Of a stretch of DNA of 64,000 nt, positions 43,842 through 52,948 are shown piece after piece; the first letter of the stretch is position 1; each line of letters starts with the position of its first letter. Origin of the DNA: a virus; the IMG/VR virus record IMGVR_UViG_3300046542_000291, positions 51,641 to 115,640 of that record; one strand, given 5' to 3'. A program made the position numbers and the translations under genes. The notes beneath the pieces are model-generated. The model did no database searches and was not told the DNA's origin. It saw nothing but the letters and a program-made list of their open reading frames with translations.

Positions 43842-44554
43842 TAGCGTTCCCCGGCAGCGTCACACACATCGAAACGTTCAACACCCGTTTCATCGGGTAG
43901 TTCTTCACGCACAACCACCGGTTTTAGTGGTGGTAGTTCGGGAGCTTTACCGAAACCTTCGATGGCAGCTGCTTTGAGCGCAGCGCTCTCCATCTCCGAT
44001 TCACCCTGGAAGTTGCTGAAGGTGATGGTCTTCGTTACTTCATTGTTACGGAAGACGAAATCTTTCATGCCCAGACCTGGATGCCCACCAGTGGCATGAG
44101 CCAACAAGCAATGCATAGCCTGGACGCGGGACAACTTGTCAGGGGTGGCCTCGAACTTATAGATGAGGGGTTCCCCGTAGAATTCTCCACGGTCATTCTG
44201 GGAGTGTAGATGAACCACACCAGTAGCGACGCCATTGATCATCAAGATCTCAGCGAAGGTGTGGCGCCAGAAGTCACCACCTGGCCAGTGGTAGTGGGGC
44301 CAGCTGTTATCACCGAACAGCGAGTTGAACGCACCCGTCAAAGTGTCACGGGTTCCGTAATGACCACTGCCACGACCGAAGACGGTTTCACGAGCATGGG
44401 CCAGAATGCCGATGTTGATCCCGTGAACATCACCTGTAGGGCCGACGATGTGAATATCAGGTTGAAGGTGCCCGGCATCATTGACCAACTGATCAATTAC
44501 GAGGGCAAGTTTCTCACGCGATTCACCTTTAATATCCGCTGTGTTGCGTTGCAT
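43841..44554 (-). CDS. hypothetical protein (237 aa) with a GDVHG motif; possible phosphoesterase
   Basis: VGPTGDVHG resembles metallophosphoesterase motif I, but motifs II/III are not canonical. Sits immediately downstream of the ligase and RtcB genes. Confidence 0.55.
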   Translation of the reverse strand: MQRNTADIKGESREKLALVIDQLVNDAGHLQPDIHIVGPTGDVHGINIGILAHARETVFGRGSGHYGTRDTLTGAFNSLFGDNSWPHYHWPGGDFWRHTFAEILMINGVATGVVHLHSQNDRGEFYGEPLIYKFEATPDKLSRVQAMHCLLAHATGGHPGLGMKDFVFRNNEVTKTITFSNFQGESEMESAALKAAAIEGFGKAPELPPLKPVVVREELPDETGVERFDVCDAAGER

Positions 44555-44577
44555 GTTATTCTACCTGTTGTCAAAAG

Positions 44578-44594
44578 CAGGCCCCGAAGGGCCC
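44578..44594 (-). terminator. UUCG-loop hairpin GGCCC-CGAA-GGGCC
   Basis: Hairpin family; after the ligase gene stop. Confidence 0.45.
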
Positions 44595-44600
44595 ACTTGA

Positions 44601-46001
44601 TTATTCTTCGTCGTCTTTCTTCTTTTCCAAATACTGAGTACTTACAGCTTTAAAGCTGAACACTCGGTCGGTGCACTTGAACACCAGTCCTTCGCGGTAA
44701 GTTTTCTTCGGTTGTTTCGGATCGACATTGAACGCACGCGGACCTTCAGCCATCAGGAGAATATCCTGAATAGTAGTGCCCACCGGAATAACAAACTTCT
44801 CATGCATGACCGGGACGTAAGGAAGGCCGATGGCAGCACATACACCACGAGCTTCTTCCGGCAACAACTCCTGGCTACCATTGCGGTATACGCTGTAGAC
44901 ATGGTATTCAACATCTTCCACGCCTTCGAAGCCAGACTGGATATCTGGACCGATCAGCTCGCCTTGAACAGTGATGTATTCACCTGTCTCTTCCTGGTAC
45001 GCCTTCAGCTTCTCAACCACCTTGTTCTTGGTGACGTAGCGGGTGAAGTTCCGGGAGGTGCTGTCGCCAATACCGGTGTTGGCTTTCCATTCAGGGACGT
45101 GAAGGTTGTTCATACGGAACGCCCATTTGCCATCTTCGTCCTTGAAGAACCACGACTTCGGTTTTAGGAAGTTGCGGTTGCGCGCCAGGAGGGTACCGAT
45201 CCAGTAACGGATCTGATCTGGTTTGGACCATTCCTCGTCACCGATAACCAACTCGTAGTTACGCGAGCAAACGCCAGTACGAACACCACCATCATCCAGG
45301 CAGAATACCGTCATGGAGCTACCGTCGAGTTTCCAGGTAACTTCGAATTCAGTGCCTTCCGCCTTTGCCGCTTCGAACGCGACTGTCTTGTTCTGGATAC
45401 GATCCTGATCAGACTTGAGCAGTTGCTTCGGCCATGGCAGGAGAGCATTACCCACGTTACCGAGGATCTTACGTACCAGACGCATGTACCAGCCAGAACC
45501 AGCTGCAGCCTGTTGCGCCGGCGACATGAGTGGCTTGGCTGCAAACTTCAGGATGCCCAGCTCCAACGTCATGTTGGTTTCAGCTGGAAGGTCTTTGTAT
45601 TTCTCTGGGAGTGGTACAACCAACCCCTGGGCCAGCTCCTTACGAAGACGGAGCGTGCGCAAACGGTGATAAGCCTTACCGTTGATCAGGCGGTTATCGG
45701 AACGGCGTGCCTCGAGGAACCCGAACAGTGGGTTATCGATTGGCAACAGCGAGTCGATCTCGCAGTACACCACACGGTCACCCTTCTTGTATTCGTCCAG
45801 CTTGACCACGCACTGCCAGCCGCCGATGATTGCCAGAGACAAGGCATCAGCATTTGGATGTTTGATCACGTCGTCAAGTACGACGATACGCGCCAGTTTG
45901 CGGTCGGTTTCAACCACCCCGTTCCCCTCACGGATTGGTTTGAGTTCAGCAGCTACATCGGGGGTAGCGGTTGCGACTTCGATCTTTTCTACGACAGACA
46001 T
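44601..46001 (-). CDS. ATP-dependent polynucleotide (RNA/DNA) ligase with an N-terminal OB domain resembling tRNA-binding (Myf/EMAP-like) domains, 466 aa
   Basis: Nucleotidyltransferase motif I WKLDGSS (KxDG) and motif IV EGLVFK. N-terminus (ARIVVLDDVIKHPNADALSLAIIGGWQCVV...KKGDRVVY) follows the HP.AD.L pattern of tRNA-binding OB domains. Confidence 0.75.
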   Translation of the reverse strand: MSVVEKIEVATATPDVAAELKPIREGNGVVETDRKLARIVVLDDVIKHPNADALSLAIIGGWQCVVKLDEYKKGDRVVYCEIDSLLPIDNPLFGFLEARRSDNRLINGKAYHRLRTLRLRKELAQGLVVPLPEKYKDLPAETNMTLELGILKFAAKPLMSPAQQAAAGSGWYMRLVRKILGNVGNALLPWPKQLLKSDQDRIQNKTVAFEAAKAEGTEFEVTWKLDGSSMTVFCLDDGGVRTGVCSRNYELVIGDEEWSKPDQIRYWIGTLLARNRNFLKPKSWFFKDEDGKWAFRMNNLHVPEWKANTGIGDSTSRNFTRYVTKNKVVEKLKAYQEETGEYITVQGELIGPDIQSGFEGVEDVEYHVYSVYRNGSQELLPEEARGVCAAIGLPYVPVMHEKFVIPVGTTIQDILLMAEGPRAFNVDPKQPKKTYREGLVFKCTDRVFSFKAVSTQYLEKKKDDEE

Positions 46002-46017
46002 GTTTCTTCCTTAGGTC

Positions 46018-46266
46018 TTATTGCAAAGGTTTGCAGGTTACAGTGATTTTTGCCATACGGCTCGACAGTGCGCCACCATCGACTCTCGATTCAACGTAGT
46101 CTTTGGTTTCTTTGACGAGGTAAGGCTTCATGCCGTATGTCTCTACGACTTGTTCAATTGCGGCTGGACACGTGTTGGCATCTGACAGTTCTGTGACTGT
46201 TGGTGCACCACCAGGTCCTGCGCCTGTATTGAACGCAAATGCGATAACAAGTAACGCTTTCATCAT
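46018..46266 (-). CDS. small secreted protein (82 aa)
   Basis: Signal peptide MMKALLVIAFAFNTGAG; two Cys. Confidence 0.5.
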   Translation of the reverse strand: MMKALLVIAFAFNTGAGPGGAPTVTELSDANTCPAAIEQVVETYGMKPYLVKETKDYVESRVDGGALSSRMAKITVTCKPLQ

Positions 46267-47546
46267 TACCCCTTAACGCAGAGAACCTGCTTCAGCGTGT
46301 GGACGATCTCGACGAGTTCAGCCTGAGCTGCCATCACGTCTTCGATGTTCTTGTACGCCTTCGGGGTCTCATCGAGCACACCTTCATCTTTACGGCATTC
46401 AACACCAGCCGTATCGCGGATGTGATCTTCGATGGTGAAGTTACGGTTAGCCGCTTTACGCGACATCACACGACCAGCACCATGCGAACAGGAGCAGAAC
46501 GACTCACGGTTGCCCTTACCACGAACGATGAACGACTTCGCACCCATCGACCCTGGGATAATACCCAGAGTACCTTCCTCGGCGTTTACGGCACCTTTAC
46601 GGGTAACCAGAACGTTCTCACCGAAGTGACGTTCCTGGGACACGTAGTTGTGGTGGCAATTGATTGCCGCCATGTCGGTGTCGATTGGCAGGTTCAGGGT
46701 TTTGTGGATCGCCCCCAGAACAGCCTTCATCATGAGCGTACGATTCAGTGCTGCGAAACGCTGTGCCCACGATACCGCCTGCAGGTAGTCGTCGTAGTAC
46801 TTGGTACCGTGTGGCAGGTAAGCCAGATCTTGGTCTGGTAGATGGATAAAGAAACGACCCATCTCTTCCTTTGCCTTGTTGATGAAGTACTGACCGATCG
46901 CATTCCCGATACCACGGGAACCAGAGTGCAGCATTACCCACACACGCTGTTCCTCGTCCAAGCACAGCTCAACGAAGTGGTTACCGGTACCGAGAGTACC
47001 CACATGGTTCCACGCCCGTTGTGCAGCCTTGGTGAGCTTCGGGTGTTTCTCAACGATTTGGTTCAGTTGCGTTCGCAACTTCTCCGCTTCAGCAGCGATC
47101 ATGATGTCCTTGTTATCGAACACAGTCACCTTACCGAAAGCACCACGGTCGTTTGGACCACCGTTGTCAGTACGGCCATGTGGTACTACCGCTTCGATAG
47201 CTGCCCGCAGATGGCCGAGGCTATCTGGCAGTTGGTCTGCACCGAACGTCAAGCGACGAGCGGCCATTCCGCACCCGATATCGACCCCCACCGCAGCGGG
47301 AATGATTGCACCTTTAGTAGCAATGACGCTACCGACAGTGGCACCCAACCCGAAGTGTACGTCCGGCATTACTGCAACGTGCGAATGGATGAACGGCAAC
47401 GACGCCAGGTTCTTCAACTGCTTGACTGCGGTCTCTTCGACTGGAACCCCCACGGTCCAGCCTTTAATCGGCTTCGAACCCGGTTCAGGTTCGCCACCAA
47501 TGATTTCGAAAGACTTATCTTGCTGCTGGGATTTCTTTTGTTTCAT
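46266..47546 (-). CDS. rtcB: RtcB-family RNA ligase (3'-phosphate/5'-OH ligase), 426 aa
   Basis: Blocks HFGLGATVGSVIA, DIGCGMAA, GTLGTGNHFVEL and HSGSRGIGN match conserved RtcB metal/GTP-binding motifs. Confidence 0.9.
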   Translation of the reverse strand: MKQKKSQQQDKSFEIIGGEPEPGSKPIKGWTVGVPVEETAVKQLKNLASLPFIHSHVAVMPDVHFGLGATVGSVIATKGAIIPAAVGVDIGCGMAARRLTFGADQLPDSLGHLRAAIEAVVPHGRTDNGGPNDRGAFGKVTVFDNKDIMIAAEAEKLRTQLNQIVEKHPKLTKAAQRAWNHVGTLGTGNHFVELCLDEEQRVWVMLHSGSRGIGNAIGQYFINKAKEEMGRFFIHLPDQDLAYLPHGTKYYDDYLQAVSWAQRFAALNRTLMMKAVLGAIHKTLNLPIDTDMAAINCHHNYVSQERHFGENVLVTRKGAVNAEEGTLGIIPGSMGAKSFIVRGKGNRESFCSCSHGAGRVMSRKAANRNFTIEDHIRDTAGVECRKDEGVLDETPKAYKNIEDVMAAQAELVEIVHTLKQVLCVKG

Positions 47547-47578
47547 AACTACCTCACGCGGATGGAAAGAGGGTGTAG

Positions 47579-47830
47579 CTAAACGTTGTTTATTTCTTTG
47601 ATGTAAGCAAAGGCCTCATCACGGTAGAAGACATGACCATTATGGTTACCCATGTCCGCTACCGCTTCATTGAGTTCCCTTTCGAACCACCAGTACCACT
47701 CCGGCCCCTTTGGTTGATAACGGGCACACCACTTAGCGTATTCCAGCAAGTTGCATGCACAGTTACCACGAGGGACCTGGGGCTCTTTAGGTGGAGTCTT
47801 ACCAAAGACTCGGCGTAACCATTCGACCAT
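47579..47830 (-). CDS. hypothetical Cys/Trp-rich protein (83 aa)
   Basis: ORF-track ORF. Confidence 0.45.
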   Translation of the reverse strand: MVEWLRRVFGKTPPKEPQVPRGNCACNLLEYAKWCARYQPKGPEWYWWFERELNEAVADMGNHNGHVFYRDEAFAYIKEINNV

Positions 47831-48210
47831 TACGCCACTGCCGCCTCACCAAACGTCAGCTCTTTGTAAAGCTGCGGTTTCGGAGGCATCAGGGTGATAC
47901 CACTGCAAGCACTGAAATGGGCCTGAATGGTTTCGTTGCGTTCCTGGCGGATGTAATCGTAGTTGAACAGGAACCCGTCCAACTCAACTTGATTAATCGC
48001 CTTGGTCGGATCGATGTAACTGGTTTCCCACGGACCAACCTCATGGTTAACCGAATGGAACAGCACACCGGCTGTTTTCTCAGCCAGGGATTGCATCCCG
48101 GTCATGACCTTGGAATAGAAGCGTTCGATCAACAAGCGTTGCTGCTTAGGAGAACTGGCACTCCAGATAGCCGAGCCATAATGTTCTACAACCTGTTCTG
48201 TACGTTCCAT
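47830..48210 (-). CDS. hypothetical protein (126 aa)
   Basis: ORF-track ORF. Confidence 0.5.
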   Translation of the reverse strand: MERTEQVVEHYGSAIWSASSPKQQRLLIERFYSKVMTGMQSLAEKTAGVLFHSVNHEVGPWETSYIDPTKAINQVELDGFLFNYDYIRQERNETIQAHFSACSGITLMPPKPQLYKELTFGEAAVA

Positions 48211-48225
48211 CGGATACCTCTTGAG

Positions 48226-49542
48226 TTATGCCGCTTTGAGAAGGGGCAATGTGGGGATGGATGCAATAAAGGCATCCGGGTCACGGCGATGTTCAAGGAA
48301 CAACGCTTGCAGGTCACAGCCCGCTATGTCCTCGAAACACCCACTGAATTCGTAGGTATGCTCCGGGAACACAACATGGATGTACTCGCGTACTTCTACA
48401 TCGGTCAAGTAACCGATTTCCATCAGGTGGTCCACTCGACCTTTACGAACTACCGCATCATCGATCTTGTCGATGTGGTTGGTAGTCATGAAGATCACCG
48501 TGCCGTTCAGCGAAACCACCCCGTCCAACACGTTGAGCACTTTGCTCAGGGTCAACCGGGAGAACTCTTCGTTCAGGGCTTCGAAGATGTTTGCTTCCGC
48601 AACTTTCTTCTTGGCTGGCGCCGCCGGTAAAGCACCGAGTGTTTCCACCGGTTCAACCTTTGGCTTCTTCGGTGTACGCGCCTTGAAGGCAGCCGAACTG
48701 TCGAAGTCTTCGATCAACACCACCGAGTTCGGGGGCAGGTGACTGAGGGCTTTCTCGAATGACGTATCGTCCATCGAGTTGATGTTGATGGTGCAGATGT
48801 TCTTGCCGAAGTGGGCAGCCAGTGCCTTGATGATACTGGTCTTGCCTGTACCTGGCTTACCGTGGATAACAAACGTCGACTTGTAAGCCATGCCACGTTC
48901 GTTGTACCACTCTTCACTTTCGTAGAACTGTTCCAGCTCGAAGATCAACTTATCCTTCGTAGCTTTGTTCATCGCTACCGTCTTGAGAGGACGCTTCTTG
49001 ATCTCACACAGGTACTGCCAGCCTTGATCACCGGTGTACGTATAGATGCGGGACTTCAGTGAGTTCTCTTTCGGCATGAACGAACTGACCAGGTCCTTCA
49101 ACACTTGTTGATTACGACCCCAGGTGAAAATCGTGACGCGTTCTTTCTCGTTGGTTGACCCTTGACTGTTCAATGCTTCTTTCTTGAACCAGTACAGGCG
49201 TCTCTTATAAACGAAGAAGTGTGTGCCGAAACCAGGGCCTATAATTGTCCGGCTGTTGGGTGACTCCAAGCTGATGTTCCGCGAGTAGCGTGACCAGGGT
49301 TGTTCACAGAACCACTGCATGAAGGACGTGAAGTGAACACGGTCTTCTGACCAAGCGGTGGCGTTGTTGAACGTCAGGCTGGTCATGCATTGTTTCAGTG
49401 TGGCCGAGTACACCGTTTTGGGCACCTGCCGCAGTATCGCGTACAGGAACCCCATTAGGCCAGCAAGGACGATGCCTGCTGCCCAGGGGGAAACCTTGTT
49501 GAATGTCAGGTATTGCTGCTGAAGCCAATCAATAAATTCCAT
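48226..49542 (-). CDS. membrane-anchored AAA+ ATPase, BCS1-like (438 aa)
   Basis: N-terminal TM helix plus a BCS1-N-like region. Walker A IHGKPGTGKTSII, Walker B VVLIEDFD, arginine-finger region. Confidence 0.75.
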   Translation of the reverse strand: MEFIDWLQQQYLTFNKVSPWAAGIVLAGLMGFLYAILRQVPKTVYSATLKQCMTSLTFNNATAWSEDRVHFTSFMQWFCEQPWSRYSRNISLESPNSRTIIGPGFGTHFFVYKRRLYWFKKEALNSQGSTNEKERVTIFTWGRNQQVLKDLVSSFMPKENSLKSRIYTYTGDQGWQYLCEIKKRPLKTVAMNKATKDKLIFELEQFYESEEWYNERGMAYKSTFVIHGKPGTGKTSIIKALAAHFGKNICTININSMDDTSFEKALSHLPPNSVVLIEDFDSSAAFKARTPKKPKVEPVETLGALPAAPAKKKVAEANIFEALNEEFSRLTLSKVLNVLDGVVSLNGTVIFMTTNHIDKIDDAVVRKGRVDHLMEIGYLTDVEVREYIHVVFPEHTYEFSGCFEDIAGCDLQALFLEHRRDPDAFIASIPTLPLLKAA

Positions 49543-49610
49543 GTCACATAGCTCTCTGTGTTAAACCGGCATAGATCGCCCCTTCCCTGGAGCGGTTCTA
49601 TGTTGGGGTG

Positions 49611-51392
49611 TTATGCAGCTTCGCGCAGGGTTGCACGAACTTCTTCGAAGGTCACTTCGTTCGGGAACGTGCCGTCTTTGTAGATCGGACGCAGTTCACC
49701 CGAGTGAGTGTCGAGGTCAGCGATTTCGAACTTCTGCTCTTGGAGCAGCTCAAAGTCACCGGCTTCGTTCTTCACAACCTTCAGGAAGCCCTTGGCCGAC
49801 TTCTTGTTGGTTTCGCCTTCGGTCTTCGGCGCCTTGAACAGCTCAACGAACACGTCGTCCACTTGAACGGCGGTAGCCTTGATGGCGTAGCCGAAGGTGT
49901 CACGAGTGTTGTGCTGATAGGTGTACGAACCGATACCCAGAACCCAGTTGCACGAAGCGAAGCCTTTCTTCATCAGGCGACGCATGATTTCCTGGGTACG
50001 TTCCACAGTGATCGAATCACCGTAGATCAGGCCAACACGTTCGTGCAGCACTTTGAAGCCCTTGTCGGTCATGGTGCCACCGAAAGTGTTCCACAGGCAT
50101 TCCACCGCACCGATCTGTTCGGCGTTCAGTTCTACCGGAGCCCACAGGTAGCCCAGAGCCGTGTAGTACTTCTCGGCGTCTTCAGCACTGATCGGATTTT
50201 CGTAGCGGGTTGCTTTGTACGTCATGCCGTTCAACAGAACGTACTCGACGTCTTTCGCTTTGCCGTTGTTGACCAGTTCGCTGAATTCCAGCGAGTTGTG
50301 AACTTCCACACCGCAGATGACTTCAACAGGATCACCGGAATCCGGACGGAACACCACTTTGGCCAGGCCGTTGGCGTCTGGTTGACGAGCCAGGATTTCT
50401 TCCTTCAGGGAAGGGGCAACAATGGTCAGGACACCCCAGAAGTCGAAGCTGTCGCAGACCAGGCTGATGATGCCAGTAGGACACTTGACGGTAATGGCAT
50501 CCAGGATGAACTGACGCTCGGCCAGCAGTTGCGCTTTGCCGTATGCATCGGGATCGAGGTCACCACCAGTCAGGCCTTTTTCCAGCAGCCACTTGGTCAT
50601 GTTGTACAGGATGTTCGAAGTAGCAACGGCGTGTTCGGTAGCACGCACCGATACAGCCAGGAACTCGACGTCGCTGTTGGCGAAGTACATGTCTTCGGCG
50701 TAGTCGATGGCCGGCAGGGTATCGGTACCCACGAAGCTGGTCAGGTGACCGGCGCCAGTACGAGCAGCATCTTCAGGACCGGACAGGCCACGGAAGGCGA
50801 AGTCATGCCCTTGCAACGCAACGAAGTCACGAGGCGAACCAGTCAGGTCAGCGAAGTGTTCCAGGATGCGACGGTATTCGTAAGCGATGGTGGCGTTGCA
50901 GACCATTTTCCAGATCAGCGACGACATCAGGGTTTCCAGGTAGTTCACTACCCAGAAGAATTCCGGTACGGTGTTGTAGATCACGTAGCCCGGAACGTTC
51001 ATGTTCAGGCGAGAGCCTTCCGGTACCGACAGGATGGTAACCGGTAAGTAACCCAGGTCATGCAGTGCTGCCATGGCTTCGATGTCAACCATACCTTCAC
51101 CGAGGTAGTTCTTCATGCGGCGAGCGTAGCGACGGATCACTTGCTCTTTCGGCTTGCTGAAGAACGAATCGTGCCACAGGCCGTGAACTTCACGCATCAC
51201 GCCTTGGATACCGAACCAGACGACTTTGCTATCCCAGAGGTAGGACTGGGACTTGCTGCCCTTGAACAGACGGTCTGCACGTGGAGTGCCGTTACCGTAG
51301 GCGAAGTTGGTGCCGTTCGGGTACAGAGGGCCGTGACCCATTTTGTAACCGTCTGCTGCAGTCGGGCCAAACAGTTTGAAAGAAGTGCTCAT
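49611..51392 (-). CDS. nadV: nicotinamide phosphoribosyltransferase-family enzyme (NadV/Nampt-like; could be a Namat-type variant), 593 aa
   Basis: Conserved Nampt blocks including VFRPDSGDP and the GS...DSFD region. ORF-track 49611..51443 trimmed to ATG with AAGGAAA RBS. Confidence 0.85.
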   Translation of the reverse strand: MSTSFKLFGPTAADGYKMGHGPLYPNGTNFAYGNGTPRADRLFKGSKSQSYLWDSKVVWFGIQGVMREVHGLWHDSFFSKPKEQVIRRYARRMKNYLGEGMVDIEAMAALHDLGYLPVTILSVPEGSRLNMNVPGYVIYNTVPEFFWVVNYLETLMSSLIWKMVCNATIAYEYRRILEHFADLTGSPRDFVALQGHDFAFRGLSGPEDAARTGAGHLTSFVGTDTLPAIDYAEDMYFANSDVEFLAVSVRATEHAVATSNILYNMTKWLLEKGLTGGDLDPDAYGKAQLLAERQFILDAITVKCPTGIISLVCDSFDFWGVLTIVAPSLKEEILARQPDANGLAKVVFRPDSGDPVEVICGVEVHNSLEFSELVNNGKAKDVEYVLLNGMTYKATRYENPISAEDAEKYYTALGYLWAPVELNAEQIGAVECLWNTFGGTMTDKGFKVLHERVGLIYGDSITVERTQEIMRRLMKKGFASCNWVLGIGSYTYQHNTRDTFGYAIKATAVQVDDVFVELFKAPKTEGETNKKSAKGFLKVVKNEAGDFELLQEQKFEIADLDTHSGELRPIYKDGTFPNEVTFEEVRATLREAA

Positions 51393-51405
51393 TACTTTGT
51401 TTTCC

Positions 51406-52281
51406 TTACGCATTGATCCAGGTGAGTTTGTTATCGACAACACCGTCTGGGCGAGTACTGCCCTGTGCTGTCGGATGGAACGAGTTGGTGGTGTAGACGT
51501 GGTCGTACTTTTCAGTAACCAGGTCGAAACCGTACGAGAAGATCCCGTGCGTTACCAACAGTTCCAATCGTGCTGGATTATGCTTGCGGATTTCTTCAGC
51601 CAGTTGGATGAAGGTCCGTCCACCATCACAGATGTCGTCACAGACCAGCAGTCGTTTGCCAGTTACATCGGCATCGAACTTGGTCTTGGTGATTTCCATC
51701 GTTTCCAGGTCACGCTCTTTAGTAGCCGTGATGTAACCAGCGCAGCCCAGGTGAGCAGCCAACGCTTTCACTTTCTTGACAGCCCCTGCATCAGGAGCCA
51801 CCAGCCAGGTATCGTGCAGTTCGTTTGCCGTAGCATCCAACATGTGCACGATGTCAGCCTGGGTCTTGACGATCACGCGGTTGATCAACGCCGGCGTAGT
51901 GTCGCTGTGCGGGTCCAAAATGGTCACACTGACGAACTCACAGAGGTTGATCAACTTCGCTGCTACCGCAATACCCAACGACTCCCCGGGGTTACACACG
52001 CGGTCCTGCCGGGCGTAAGGGACATAAGGGATATATGCGCTTACCGGTACGTCGGGACGAATGCGACGGATCGCATCGGTAACGTGCAGTAAAGCGAGGA
52101 AGTCAGTTGGGGTACGGAGGTTGGCCATGACTTGAATGTCCATGCAACCGCGGATTTTGTTGTGGAACTCTTTCGGAATAAGTGGGTTAACTTCCCCACC
52201 TTTGAACGTGCTCACGTCAACGATAGTCTGCGCCACTCCCCAGTGGTCGCCATTGCCGCGTCGGATACTTAAACGAATCAT
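51406..52281 (-). CDS. prs: ribose-phosphate pyrophosphokinase-family enzyme (PRPP synthetase, or ADPR-pyrophosphokinase-type homologue), 291 aa
   Basis: YARQDR motif and PRPP-binding loop LLVCDDICDGGRTF; immediately upstream of the nadV-like gene. Confidence 0.85.
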   Translation of the reverse strand: MIRLSIRRGNGDHWGVAQTIVDVSTFKGGEVNPLIPKEFHNKIRGCMDIQVMANLRTPTDFLALLHVTDAIRRIRPDVPVSAYIPYVPYARQDRVCNPGESLGIAVAAKLINLCEFVSVTILDPHSDTTPALINRVIVKTQADIVHMLDATANELHDTWLVAPDAGAVKKVKALAAHLGCAGYITATKERDLETMEITKTKFDADVTGKRLLVCDDICDGGRTFIQLAEEIRKHNPARLELLVTHGIFSYGFDLVTEKYDHVYTTNSFHPTAQGSTRPDGVVDNKLTWINA

Positions 52282-52332
52282 TACGGTAGCCTTTTGCTAT
52301 GGTCTTGTATTATTCGGGACGCAGGTATTCCT

Positions 52333-52563
52333 TTACGCTGCGACCTGTAACAATGCTGGGTTCCATGGAATACGGCCTTCGAACATCTGTTCACGTTCAG
52401 AGAGTTCGGCCACAGGTTTACGGCCTTCCAGCTTACGCCAGGCCTTATCAAGGTCAGCCATGTGCTTGTCCAGTTCTTTGGTTTTCTTGAGTGTTGCCAA
52501 CTCATAACCACCCGAACCAGGCATCATCATGGTGCCGTCTTTATAGCGGATTGGCTTAGCCAT
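52333..52563 (-). CDS. hypothetical protein (76 aa)
   Basis: ORF-track ORF. Confidence 0.45.
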   Translation of the reverse strand: MAKPIRYKDGTMMMPGSGGYELATLKKTKELDKHMADLDKAWRKLEGRKPVAELSEREQMFEGRIPWNPALLQVAA

Positions 52564-52916
52564 CAGTAACCCACCGAGCGTTGGATGAAGGCGATGAATG
52601 CCGGGAAGTTCTCTTCCATTACTTTAACGATAGTATCGGGATCAGTTTCAATCCCCATGTCGTTATCGTAAAGGGAAGGATCTTTGTAGGTGAAGTGACT
52701 ACCGGAATTGTCAATCCGGAACTCCAGGGTAAGCTTACCCTTCTTCAATGTGTAGGCGGCATAAGCGGTAGATTGACTACCATAATCCAAACGACGGCAT
52801 TGGATGGTTACACCCGAATGCATTTGTGGTTCGGATTGGATCTTGTCCGCTTCTTCCCGGTGGTGAATGATAGCCGCTTTGTAGAGAGCAGCCCACAATC
52901 TGAGTTTATAGTGCAT
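52563..52916 (-). CDS. hypothetical protein (117 aa), first gene after a promoter motif
   Basis: ORF-track ORF; 33 nt downstream of CTATATTAC. Confidence 0.5.
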   Translation of the reverse strand: MHYKLRLWAALYKAAIIHHREEADKIQSEPQMHSGVTIQCRRLDYGSQSTAYAAYTLKKGKLTLEFRIDNSGSHFTYKDPSLYDNDMGIETDPDTIVKVMEENFPAFIAFIQRSVGY

Positions 52917-52948
52917 TACATTTTCCTCTTGGTTTTAGACACAAAGTA

